Assembly: GCA_035575675.1 (NCBI GenBank) | Contig: DATLXS010000098.1 | Coordinates: 2,641 to 66,640 of the forward strand | Origin: Gemmatimonadales bacterium | Lineage (GTDB): Bacteria > Gemmatimonadota > Gemmatimonadetes > Gemmatimonadales > GWC2-71-9 | Reading direction: 5' to 3' | Length of the DNA stretch: 64,000 bases | Shown here: piece by piece, positions 12,229 through 20,197 of the stretch | How positions within the stretch are numbered: position 1 is the stretch's first letter | How the letters are laid out: each line of letters begins with the position of its first letter | Translations under genes and position numbers: made by a program | The notes under the pieces: model-generated | Database searches by the model: none | What the model saw: the letters and a program-made list of their open reading frames with translations, nothing else | Told to the model about the DNA's origin: nothing

Positions 12229-12906
12229 ATGGGTTTCGAGGCCCTGCCCGAGCGGCTGGCACAAGTACGGGCCGTGTTGGCGCAGCGTGCCGCGCAGCCC
12301 GTGACGATTGTCGCGGTGACGAAGGGATTTGGAACGGACGCGATCCGCGCGGCACTCGCCGCCGGGATCGCCGACATCGGTGAGAACCGAGTCCAGGAAG
12401 CGGTGCAGAAGCAGGACGAGTTGGGGGCTGGGGGTCAGGGACTGGGGATTCGGTGGCACCTCATTGGCCACCTCCAGCGTAACAAGGCTCGCGTCGTCGC
12501 CGGCCGGTTCGACATCGTGCACTCGATCGACTCGCTGGAGTTGGCCACCGAGCTGAATCGACGATTGCAGGCACCGCTGCGGGTGTTGCTGCAGGTGAAT
12601 GTGGCCGGCGAGTCGCAAAAGAGCGGCTGTGCACTCGAAGACGCGCCGGCGCTGGCGCGAGCGGTGGCCGCGCTCACGCCGCTCCGGTTGGAAGGCATGA
12701 TGACGATGGCACCATTGACTGACGACGAAGACATGCAGCGCCGGACCTTCCGGGGACTGCGGGTCTTGCGCGATAGGATCAAGGAGGAGGAAGGGCTATG
12801 GCTGCCGACCCTCTCGATGGGGATGTCAGGCGACTACGCTTCAGCGGTCCAAGAGGGAGCAACGGTGATCCGATTGGGTACCGTCCTGTTCGGACCGAGG
12901 ATATGA
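12229..12906 (+). CDS. yggS: YggS/YlmE family pyridoxal-phosphate homeostasis protein
   Basis: 225 aa. Motifs VAVTKGF (PLP lysine), GENRVQE, WHLIGHLQRNK and C-terminal LSMGMSGDY...IRLGT. Confidence 0.93.
   Translation: MGFEALPERLAQVRAVLAQRAAQPVTIVAVTKGFGTDAIRAALAAGIADIGENRVQEAVQKQDELGAGGQGLGIRWHLIGHLQRNKARVVAGRFDIVHSIDSLELATELNRRLQAPLRVLLQVNVAGESQKSGCALEDAPALARAVAALTPLRLEGMMTMAPLTDDEDMQRRTFRGLRVLRDRIKEEEGLWLPTLSMGMSGDYASAVQEGATVIRLGTVLFGPRI
12423..12450. repeat. G-rich heptamer array inside yggS
   Basis: GGGGGCT GGGGGTC AGGGACT GGGGATT. Also fits a G-quadruplex motif. Confidence 0.8.
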
Positions 12907-13373
12907 ACGACGAAGCGTTCAACCTGACGCCGCACGACATCCGCAAGCAGGACTTTCGCAAAACCCTGCGCGGGTACGACACGCTGGGCGTGGACGATTT
13001 CCGCGTGCGCGTCGCGGACGCGCTCGAGCGCGCCATCCGTGAGCGCCAGATCCTGGAGGAGCGCGTCAACGCCCTGACCGAGCAGCTGCGCGTGTTTCGC
13101 GAGCGCGAGAAAGCGATGAATGAGGCGCTCGTCGCGGCGCAGCAGCTGCGCCAGGATTCGCGGGCGGCGGCTGACCGCGAGGGGCAGGTGATCCTGCGCG
13201 AGGCCGAGGCCGCGGCGAAGCGGCTGCTCGACGAGGCGAAGAGCGCCGAGGGCGCCGTGAAGACGCGCATGGCCGAGACCGAGCGTCAGTTCCAACAGTA
13301 CGTCGGCGGCTTCCGCGCGCTGCTCGAGCGCCAGCTTGCCGAGCTCCGCGCCCTCGACGGTCACCGCGGGTGA
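12903..13373 (+). CDS. divIVA: DivIVA domain protein
   Basis: Listed ORF 12798.. trimmed to the ATG at 12903 (ATGA overlap with the yggS stop). N-terminal LTPHDIRKQDFRKTLRGYD signature followed by a coiled coil. Confidence 0.88.
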   Translation: MNDEAFNLTPHDIRKQDFRKTLRGYDTLGVDDFRVRVADALERAIRERQILEERVNALTEQLRVFREREKAMNEALVAAQQLRQDSRAAADREGQVILREAEAAAKRLLDEAKSAEGAVKTRMAETERQFQQYVGGFRALLERQLAELRALDGHRG

Positions 13374-14182
13374 CACAGGTCGCCGCAGCGGTTCGCGCCG
13401 TGCAGGCGCGGACTGCCGTCGTTCCGGAAGTCGCGATCATTCTTGGAACGGGACTCGGGGCATTGGCCGATCAGCTGAAGGCCGAGACGACGCTCCCCTA
13501 CGCCGATGTGCCCGGCTTCCCGCGACCGACGGTCGAGACCCATGCGGGCCGGCTGCTGCTCGGGACGCTGGGCGGCCGCCGCGTCGCGATGATGCAGGGC
13601 CGCTTCCATCGCTACGAAGGGTACACGCTGCAGCAGGTCGCGTTTCCCGTGCGCGTGCTGCGCGCCCTGGGTGCACGGACCCTGATCGTCTCCAACGTCT
13701 CGGGCGGGATGCATCCGCTCTGGGCAACGGGCGACCTCGTGCTCCTCTCGGATCACATCAATCTGCTCGGCGACAACCCGCTGGCGGGGCCGAATGTCGA
13801 CGCCGAGGGTCCGCGGTTCCCCGACATGTCTGCCGCGTACGATCCGGAGCTCCGCACACTCGCCCGCGCGGTCGCGCTCGAACATAAAATCGTGTTGCGC
13901 GAGGGCGTGTACGTCGCGGTGCCGGGTCCGAACCTCGAGACCCGGGCCGAGTACCGGATGCTGCGCGCCCTGGGCGCCGACGTCGTCGGGATGAGTACCG
14001 TGCCCGAGGTGATCACGGCGGTCCATCAGGGCATGCGGGTCCTGGGGCTCTCGATCATCACCGATAATTGTTTGCCCGACGCGCTCGAGCCGACGTCGGT
14101 CGAGAAAATCATCGCCGTCGCCCGTGGTGCGGAGCCGAAGCTCGCGACGGTCGTGCGCGGCGTGCTGGAGCGTCTCGGCTAG
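13370..14182 (+). CDS. purine nucleoside phosphorylase (PunA/trimeric type)
   Basis: 270 aa. Motifs ILGTGLG, GRFHRYEGY and VGMSTVPEV. GTGA overlap with the divIVA stop. Confidence 0.92.
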   Translation: MTQVAAAVRAVQARTAVVPEVAIILGTGLGALADQLKAETTLPYADVPGFPRPTVETHAGRLLLGTLGGRRVAMMQGRFHRYEGYTLQQVAFPVRVLRALGARTLIVSNVSGGMHPLWATGDLVLLSDHINLLGDNPLAGPNVDAEGPRFPDMSAAYDPELRTLARAVALEHKIVLREGVYVAVPGPNLETRAEYRMLRALGADVVGMSTVPEVITAVHQGMRVLGLSIITDNCLPDALEPTSVEKIIAVARGAEPKLATVVRGVLERLG

Positions 14183-17100
14183 ATGCCGTATCCTCCCTCG
14201 GACCCGACCCAGGCGATCGACGAGCTGGAGAAACAGCTGCTCGCGAAGTGGAAGCACGAGCGGCTGTTCACGCGCGTCAGCGACGCGACCCGCTACGGTC
14301 CGCCGTTCGTCTTCTTCGAAGGTCCGCCGACCGCGAACGGCCGGCCGGGCATCCATCACGTTTTCTCGCGCACGCTCAAAGATCTGATCTGCCGTTATCA
14401 CACGATGCTGGGGCAGGGCGTGACGCGCATCGCGGGCTGGGACACGCACGGCCTGCCGGTCGAGATCGAAGTCGAAAAGGCGCTCAAGATCAACGGCAAG
14501 CGTGAGATCGAGGCCTACGGCATCGAGCGCTTCAACAAGCTCTGCCACGACAGCGTGTTCAAGTACAAGACCGACTGGGAGTCGCTGTCCGACCGCATCG
14601 GCTACTGGCTCGACTACGAGCATCCGTACGTCACCTACACGAATCAGTACATCGAGACGGTGTGGTGGCTGCTCAAACGCCTGCACGAAAAAGCGCTGCT
14701 CTACCGCGGGCACAAGGTGCTGCCGTACTGCCCGCGCTGCGGCACCGCGCTGTCGTCGCACGAGGTGGCGCAGGGGTACGAGACCGTCCAGACGAACTCG
14801 GTCTACGTGACTTTCCCGCTCGTCTCGCGCGACGGCGACGCGCCCCGCGAGCTCGCCATCTGGACGACGACGCCCTGGACGCTCCTGTCGAACGTCGCGG
14901 TCGCCGTGCACCCCGATATCGAGTACGGCGAGTACGCGGTCCCGGACGCCACGAGCGGCAAGATCACGCGCTACATCGCGGCGACGGCGCGCGCCGGCGA
15001 CGTGCACGTGCACGGCCGCCCCCTGATCCAGGGGGACCGCGTCGCGACCTATCTCGGCCGCGACCTGGTGGGCCGGAAGTACGTCCGCCCGCTGGACGTC
15101 GTCGCGCTGCCGCGCGACGGCCAGCACAGCGTGATCGTCGCCGGCGGGTTCGTCACCGTCGACGAGGGCACCGGGCTCGTCCACATGGCGCCCGCGTTCG
15201 GCGCCGACGACTACGCCGCCGGTCAGCAGAACGGGCTCGCGTTCGTGAATCCCGTCGCGGGCGACGGGACGTTCAGGGGCATTGGCTGGCCGGAGCTCGA
15301 GGGCAAACTCGTCACGGACAAGGAAACGAACAGGCTGATCATCGAGCGGCTGAAGCAGGACGGGCGCTGGCTCGAAACCAGGCCCTACACCCACAGCTAT
15401 CCGCACTGCTGGCGTTGCGACTCGGCGCTCATCTACTACGCCCGCAGCTCGTGGTTCGTCCGTACCACCGCGGTCAAGGCGCGGATGCTCGAGATCAACG
15501 CCCAGATCGACTGGCATCCGCCCGAGACGGGCGCCGGCCGCTTCGGCGAATGGCTCGAGAACAACGTCGACTGGGCGCTGTCGCGCGACCGCTACTGGGG
15601 TACGCCGCTCAACGTGTGGGAGTGCGATATCGATCGCGAGCATCGCGAGGTGATCGGCTCCTACGACGAGCTGGCGCGGCGGTGGGGGAAAGCGTTGCCG
15701 GAGAATTTCGATCCGCACAAACCGTACATCGACACCTACACCTGGGCGTGCCACAACTGCTCGGGAACGATGCGGCGCGCGCCGGAAGTGATCGACGCCT
15801 GGTTCGACTCGGGGTCCATGCCGTACGCGCAGTGGCATTACCCGTTCGAGCATGAGGCCGACTTCAAGGCGCATTTCCCGGCGGACTACATCTGCGAAGG
15901 CGTGGACCAGACGCGCGGCTGGTTCTACTCGCTGCTCGCGATCGGCGTCACCGCGTTCGACGCGCCCGTTTACAAGCACGTGATCGTGAACGAGCACGTG
16001 CTCGATGTGCACGGCCAGAAAATGTCGAAGAGCCGCGGCAACGTCGTCGATCCCTGGCATGTGATCGGCGCGCACGGCGCCGACGCGGTGCGCCTCTACC
16101 TGCTGGGCCAGAGCCAGGTGTGGCTGCCGAAGCGGTTCGACGAGCGCCAGATCCCCGAGGTCGCGGGCGGATTCCTGAACACGCTGCGCTCGACCTACGA
16201 CTTTTTCCGGCGCTACGCGCAGGACTGGACGCCACCCGCCGACGCGGCTGCCACACCGGCGGGCCAGCGGCCGGCGGCCGACCGCTGGCTGCTCGCCCGG
16301 CTCGACGAAGTCGTCGCCAGCGTGCGCCAGTCGTGGTCGGCGTATGACGTCACCGCCGGCGTTCGCACGATCATGGATTTCGTCGGCGAGGACCTGTCGC
16401 GCTGGTACATCCGGCGCAACCGGCCGCGGTTCTGGGCCCCGGACCGGGCGACCGACCCCGTGGCGCTCGAGACGCTCCACGAGGCCATGGTGGCCGCCGT
16501 GCGGCTGCTCGCCCCGGCCGCGCCGTTCATCTCCGACTGGGTGCACCGGGCGCTGACGGGGACCTCGGTTCATCTTGCCCCGTTCCCCGTGGACCGGGGA
16601 CACCGGGAACCCGAGCTGCTGTCCGCCATGGGGACCGTCCGGCGGCTGGCCTCGCTGGCCCGGGCGGCCCGGGAATCTCGCAATCTGCGGGTCCGGCAGC
16701 CGCTGGCCCGCATGCAGCTGGCTGTTCCGGCCGCCGCCCAGGGCCCGGCCTTGTCAGACCTGTTAGATATTCTGGCTGCCGAAGTCAACGTAAAAGCCGT
16801 TCAGGTGGTCGCATCGGACCACGATCTGGTCCGGCTGGGCGCCAAAGCGAATTTTCGGACCCTCGGCAAGCGGTACGGGAAGGCCACACCGCGGGCCGCC
16901 GCCGCCGTCGCCGAGTTGAGCGCGGCAGAGCTGCAGACGCTGGAGCAGGGCGGGACGGTGCGGCGCGGTGAGTTTGAGTACCAGCCGGACGACGTGACCG
17001 TCACGCGTGAAGTCGTCAGCGAGTGGCTCGTGCAGGCCGATGGGCCGTACGTCGTCGCGCTGGATCCCGTGTTGAGCGACGACCTGGTCCACGAAGGACT

Positions 17101-17374
17101 GGCGCGCGAGGTCGTGAATCGCGTGCAGCGCCTCCGCAAGGAGGCAGGCTATGACTACACGACGCGCATCGAGTTGAGCATCACCGGCGCTGAGACCATC
17201 GTCGCCGCGACTCGCGCGTTTCAAGGACTCGTCGAAGGGGAAACCTTAGCGCGCCGCTTGGTGTTGGGTGCGGGACTCGACGAGCCCGATTTGCAGCGTG
17301 AAGTAGACATCGAGGGGCGCCGGACCACGATTGCGCTCCGGCGTCACGACGGACGAAAGGGCGGAACCCGATAA
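14183..17374 (+). CDS. ileS: isoleucine--tRNA ligase
   Basis: 1063 aa. HIGH-region PTANGRPGIHH, KMSKS motif, CP1 editing-domain length. Begins the base after the PNP stop. Confidence 0.97.
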   Translation: MPYPPSDPTQAIDELEKQLLAKWKHERLFTRVSDATRYGPPFVFFEGPPTANGRPGIHHVFSRTLKDLICRYHTMLGQGVTRIAGWDTHGLPVEIEVEKALKINGKREIEAYGIERFNKLCHDSVFKYKTDWESLSDRIGYWLDYEHPYVTYTNQYIETVWWLLKRLHEKALLYRGHKVLPYCPRCGTALSSHEVAQGYETVQTNSVYVTFPLVSRDGDAPRELAIWTTTPWTLLSNVAVAVHPDIEYGEYAVPDATSGKITRYIAATARAGDVHVHGRPLIQGDRVATYLGRDLVGRKYVRPLDVVALPRDGQHSVIVAGGFVTVDEGTGLVHMAPAFGADDYAAGQQNGLAFVNPVAGDGTFRGIGWPELEGKLVTDKETNRLIIERLKQDGRWLETRPYTHSYPHCWRCDSALIYYARSSWFVRTTAVKARMLEINAQIDWHPPETGAGRFGEWLENNVDWALSRDRYWGTPLNVWECDIDREHREVIGSYDELARRWGKALPENFDPHKPYIDTYTWACHNCSGTMRRAPEVIDAWFDSGSMPYAQWHYPFEHEADFKAHFPADYICEGVDQTRGWFYSLLAIGVTAFDAPVYKHVIVNEHVLDVHGQKMSKSRGNVVDPWHVIGAHGADAVRLYLLGQSQVWLPKRFDERQIPEVAGGFLNTLRSTYDFFRRYAQDWTPPADAAATPAGQRPAADRWLLARLDEVVASVRQSWSAYDVTAGVRTIMDFVGEDLSRWYIRRNRPRFWAPDRATDPVALETLHEAMVAAVRLLAPAAPFISDWVHRALTGTSVHLAPFPVDRGHREPELLSAMGTVRRLASLARAARESRNLRVRQPLARMQLAVPAAAQGPALSDLLDILAAEVNVKAVQVVASDHDLVRLGAKANFRTLGKRYGKATPRAAAAVAELSAAELQTLEQGGTVRRGEFEYQPDDVTVTREVVSEWLVQADGPYVVALDPVLSDDLVHEGLAREVVNRVQRLRKEAGYDYTTRIELSITGAETIVAATRAFQGLVEGETLARRLVLGAGLDEPDLQREVDIEGRRTTIALRRHDGRKGGTR

Positions 17375-17796
17375 TGCCGACGAAGTCGACGAAGCTGAAG
17401 GCCAAAGCCGGCCTCAACAAGAAACAATTGAGCCATCTCGAGAAGCGGCTGCTCGAAGAGCGCGCCCGCGTCATCAAGGAGCTGGGTCATTACGGCGAGT
17501 CGTTCAATTCGAGCCTGCAGGCATCCGATGGCGACCTCTCGAGCTACTCCTTCCACATGGCCGATCAGGGGACCGACGCGATGGAGCGCGAGAAGCAGTT
17601 TCTGTTCGCGTCGCAGGAAGGGCGCTACCTCTGGCACGTGAACGAGGCGCTGCGCCGGCTGTACAGCGCTCCCGACCGCTTCGGCCGCTGCGAGCAATGC
17701 GGCGACTCGATCGGATTCGACCGACTCGATGCCCTCCCACACGCCCGCCTCTGCATCAAGTGCAAGGCCAGAGAGGAAGATGGTAAACGCCGCTGA
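17374..17796 (+). CDS. DksA/TraR-family C4 zinc-finger protein (YlyA-like position)
   Basis: 140 aa. Coiled-coil N-terminus and a C-terminal CEQCGDSI...ARLCIKC four-Cys finger. TAATG junction with ileS. Confidence 0.88.
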   Translation: MPTKSTKLKAKAGLNKKQLSHLEKRLLEERARVIKELGHYGESFNSSLQASDGDLSSYSFHMADQGTDAMEREKQFLFASQEGRYLWHVNEALRRLYSAPDRFGRCEQCGDSIGFDRLDALPHARLCIKCKAREEDGKRR

Positions 17797-18295
17797 GCGC
17801 AGGCTGTTCTGGGGGACGGCCGTCGCCATCGTCGTCTCCGATTTCGCGACCAAACTGATCGCCGAGTCGCTCCTCGCGCGGCGCCTGCCGCTCGCGGTGA
17901 TCGGCGACGTGGTGCAGTTCCGCCTGGTCTTCAACGAAGGCGCGGCCTTCGGCCTGCACGTGGGCGACAACTCGCGCTGGATCTTCCTCGGCCTCGCGAT
18001 CATCGCGCTGTTCGTGCTCGCCTCCCTGGTCCGCGGGACGCGCCCCGGCGACCGGTTCCGTCTCCTCGCGCTGGCGCTCGTATGCGGGGGCGCCGTCGGG
18101 AACCTCATCGACCGCATTCGCAGCGCGCAGGGCGTCGTCGATTTCGTGGACGTGGGCATCGGTGCCTGGCGCTGGCCGACGTTCAATGTCGCCGACTCGG
18201 CGATCACCGTCGGCGCGATCGCACTCGGACTCTCGCTGTGGCAGGAAGGCCGCGCGCAGCAACGGGCGAAGGAGGCGCGGGCGGCCGAGCCTTGA
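17780..18295 (+). CDS. lspA: lipoprotein signal peptidase II
   Basis: Trimmed to the ATG at 17780 (MVNAAERRLFWGTAVAIVVSDFATK). Motifs FNEGAAFG, GGAVGNLIDR and FNVADSAI. Confidence 0.88.
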   Translation: MVNAAERRLFWGTAVAIVVSDFATKLIAESLLARRLPLAVIGDVVQFRLVFNEGAAFGLHVGDNSRWIFLGLAIIALFVLASLVRGTRPGDRFRLLALALVCGGAVGNLIDRIRSAQGVVDFVDVGIGAWRWPTFNVADSAITVGAIALGLSLWQEGRAQQRAKEARAAEP

Positions 18296-19302
18296 ACCTC
18301 ACGTTTTGTGTGATTGTGCAGTCTGAACGTCTCGACAAATTTCTCGCTGACCAGCTCGCTCTCTCCCGCACACAGGCCGGACGCCTCATCGCCGATAAAC
18401 GCGTGACCGCGCGCGGCAAAGCGCTGCGCGCCTCCGCCCTGCTGGAACGCGGGACGGAAGTGACGGTCGACCTGCCGGACGAAGAACCCCCACGGAGCTA
18501 CACGCCGTTTCACGCCGATTTACGCTTTGTGTTCGAGGACGAGCATCTCGCCGTGCTCGACAAGCCCGCGGGCCTCGTCGTCCATCCCGGCCCCGGCCAC
18601 TGGAACGACACGCTGGTGAATGTGCTGGTTGGGCGGGGCACCGATCTGTCGGGCGGCCCGGCGGCGGAAGCCGGCCGTCCGGGTATCGTGCATCGCCTCG
18701 ACCGCGACACCTCGGGGCTGCTGGTCGTCGCGAAGAGCGATCTGGCGCATCGGCGTCTCGCCGGCGCGATCGAACGCCGCACGGTGAAGCGCGTCTACGC
18801 CGCGCTCGTGTGGGGCCACCTGCGCAAGAGTCCCGTCGATATCGAGGCGCCGATCGCGCGCCATCCCAAAGAGCGCAAGCGCATGACGGTGGCAGACGGC
18901 GGCCGCCACGCGGTCACGCACGCGGCACTCGTGGCGCGCTTCGCGCACAGCGATCTGTTGCGCGTGCGGCTCGGCACCGGCCGGACCCACCAGATTCGCG
19001 TGCACCTCGCGCACGTCGGGTGCCCGATCGTCGGCGACCGCGAGTACACCTTCGGCGGCAGTCGCCGCGTGACGCCGTCATCGCGCCCTGAGGCCGAGCG
19101 GCTCGAGCGGCTCGCGCCACGGCAGCTGCTGCACGCCGCCGCGCTGTCGTTCACGCATCCGGTGACCGGTGCGCCGGTCGCCCTGACGTCGGAATGGCCG
19201 GAGGACTTGCGTCCCGCGCTGGCTGAAGCGGCGGGAGACGCGAATTTGCTTGCCGAGCGCAACCCCTTGCAGTATCTTGGGTTCTTCGCATCCGATGACT
19301 GA
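18292..19302 (+). CDS. rluD: 23S rRNA pseudouridine synthase RluD family
   Basis: S4-like N-terminus (RLDKFLADQL) and catalytic motif HRLDRDTSGLLVVAK. Start taken at the TTG at 18292 (TTGA overlap with the lspA stop). In-frame GTGs at 18310 and 18316 are alternatives. Confidence 0.85.
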   Translation: MNLTFCVIVQSERLDKFLADQLALSRTQAGRLIADKRVTARGKALRASALLERGTEVTVDLPDEEPPRSYTPFHADLRFVFEDEHLAVLDKPAGLVVHPGPGHWNDTLVNVLVGRGTDLSGGPAAEAGRPGIVHRLDRDTSGLLVVAKSDLAHRRLAGAIERRTVKRVYAALVWGHLRKSPVDIEAPIARHPKERKRMTVADGGRHAVTHAALVARFAHSDLLRVRLGTGRTHQIRVHLAHVGCPIVGDREYTFGGSRRVTPSSRPEAERLERLAPRQLLHAAALSFTHPVTGAPVALTSEWPEDLRPALAEAAGDANLLAERNPLQYLGFFASDD

Positions 19303-19822
19303 CGGAAGCCTCGTCTCCGCTCGCTTACTCGTGTTCCGCGTGGGAGCACTGGTGTGCGCCGCCGAGGTGGACCAAGTGCGGGAGATTCTCCCGCGCCTCC
19401 CAACGACGCGTATCCCGGGCGCGCCCCCGGTCGTGGCGGGGCTCGTGAATGTCCGCGGCACTCTGGTGACGGTCGTGGAAGGGTGGCGTGCGCTGGGCCA
19501 GGCACCGCCGGGTCCGCCCGCATCCCCCCCCGCCGAGACGTCCCAGACTCAAGCACCTGAGGCCGCGGGCTCGACGATCATCCTCGAGATGGGCAAGGGT
19601 GAGTCAGGGGCTGGGGCGACCGGAGCGCACGAGGGACAGCTGATCGGGTTTACGGTGGATGAGGTGATGGACATGCTCGCGGGTGGTGCGACGACGCTGG
19701 AGGACCGCACCGGTCTTCCGGGGGTCGATCCCACGCTGGTGCGGGCGGTCGGGCGGCGGAATGGTGAACTGTTCATCGTGTTGGACGTCGCGGCGCTGTT
19801 GGGCCCGATTCTGACTACTTAA
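19295..19822 (+). CDS. cheW: CheW-like coupling protein with Pro/Gly-rich insertion
   Basis: Trimmed to the ATG at 19295. Contains LLVFRVGALVCAAEVDQVREILP...IPGAPPVVAGLVNVRGTLVTVV and a C-terminal FTVDEV...LFIVLDV. Carries an internal low-complexity segment with a C8 run and a G-rich array. Confidence 0.8.
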   Translation: MTDGSLVSARLLVFRVGALVCAAEVDQVREILPRLPTTRIPGAPPVVAGLVNVRGTLVTVVEGWRALGQAPPGPPASPPAETSQTQAPEAAGSTIILEMGKGESGAGATGAHEGQLIGFTVDEVMDMLAGGATTLEDRTGLPGVDPTLVRAVGRRNGELFIVLDVAALLGPILTT

Positions 19823-19832
19823 GGAGCGCGCA

Positions 19833-20195
19833 GTGAGCCACACGGTTCTCGTCTGTGACGACGCGATCTTCATGCGCACGATGATCACCGACATCCTGGC
19901 GCAGGCCGGGTTCGAGATCGTCGGCGAGGCGGAGACCGGCACGCAGGCCGTCGAGAAGTATCGGCAACTCAAGCCGGACCTGGTCACGATGGACATCGTG
20001 ATGCCCGACATGGGCGGCATCGACGCGGTCCGCGAGATCGTGAAACAGGATCCCGACGCCAAGATCCTGATGTGCAGCGCCATGGGGCAGCAGGCGCTGG
20101 TGGTCGAAGCCATCCAGGCGGGTGCCAAGGACTTCGTCGTCAAGCCGTTCCAGCCCTCCCGCGTCCTCGAAGCCGTGCAGCGCGTTCTGGGCTAG
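19833..20195 (+). CDS. cheY: chemotaxis response regulator CheY
   Basis: 120 aa single REC domain. VCDDA acidic pocket, phospho-Asp in VTMDIVMP, SAMG, VVKPF. AAGGAG-like RBS upstream. Confidence 0.93.
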   Translation: MSHTVLVCDDAIFMRTMITDILAQAGFEIVGEAETGTQAVEKYRQLKPDLVTMDIVMPDMGGIDAVREIVKQDPDAKILMCSAMGQQALVVEAIQAGAKDFVVKPFQPSRVLEAVQRVLG

Positions 20196-20197
20196 CG

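Noticed and set aside
13361-16603. 1080-aa ORF on the minus strand
   Set aside because: It lies exactly antisense to ileS, whose product has full-length class I synthetase motifs. The antisense translation is Arg/Gly/Asp/His/Pro-rich with no recognisable domain. This is the usual stop-poor antisense frame of a high-GC gene.
16580-16615. Imperfect palindrome GTTCCCCGTGGACCGGGGACACCGGGAAC inside ileS
   Set aside because: The stems are short and interrupted, there is no heptamer periodicity, and the encoded peptide lies in a normal ileS region. It is likely a chance occurrence in GC-rich coding sequence.
19524-19531. Homopolymer tracts as phase-variation switches: C8 in cheW at 19524-19531, G7 in ftsQ at 52401-52407, T7 in ftsY at 58908-58914
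   Set aside because: These are single short tracts inside housekeeping or essential genes, with no evidence of alternative frames that would give a functional OFF/ON pair. They are more likely sequencing-error-prone sites than contingency loci.
20072-20197. 5' extensions of listed + strand ORFs. Examples: 6414, 7343, 9034, 12798, 17729, 18082, 19250, 20072, 22430, 26121, 27148, 32340, 32507, 35083, 35945, 39623, 42700, 46082, 51992, 58719.
   Set aside because: In each case the extension overlaps the well-supported upstream gene in another frame and translates to Arg/Pro/Gly-rich junk. Family-like sequence begins at an internal ATG/GTG/TTG that makes a 1-20 nt overlap with the upstream stop, so the starts were trimmed accordingly.
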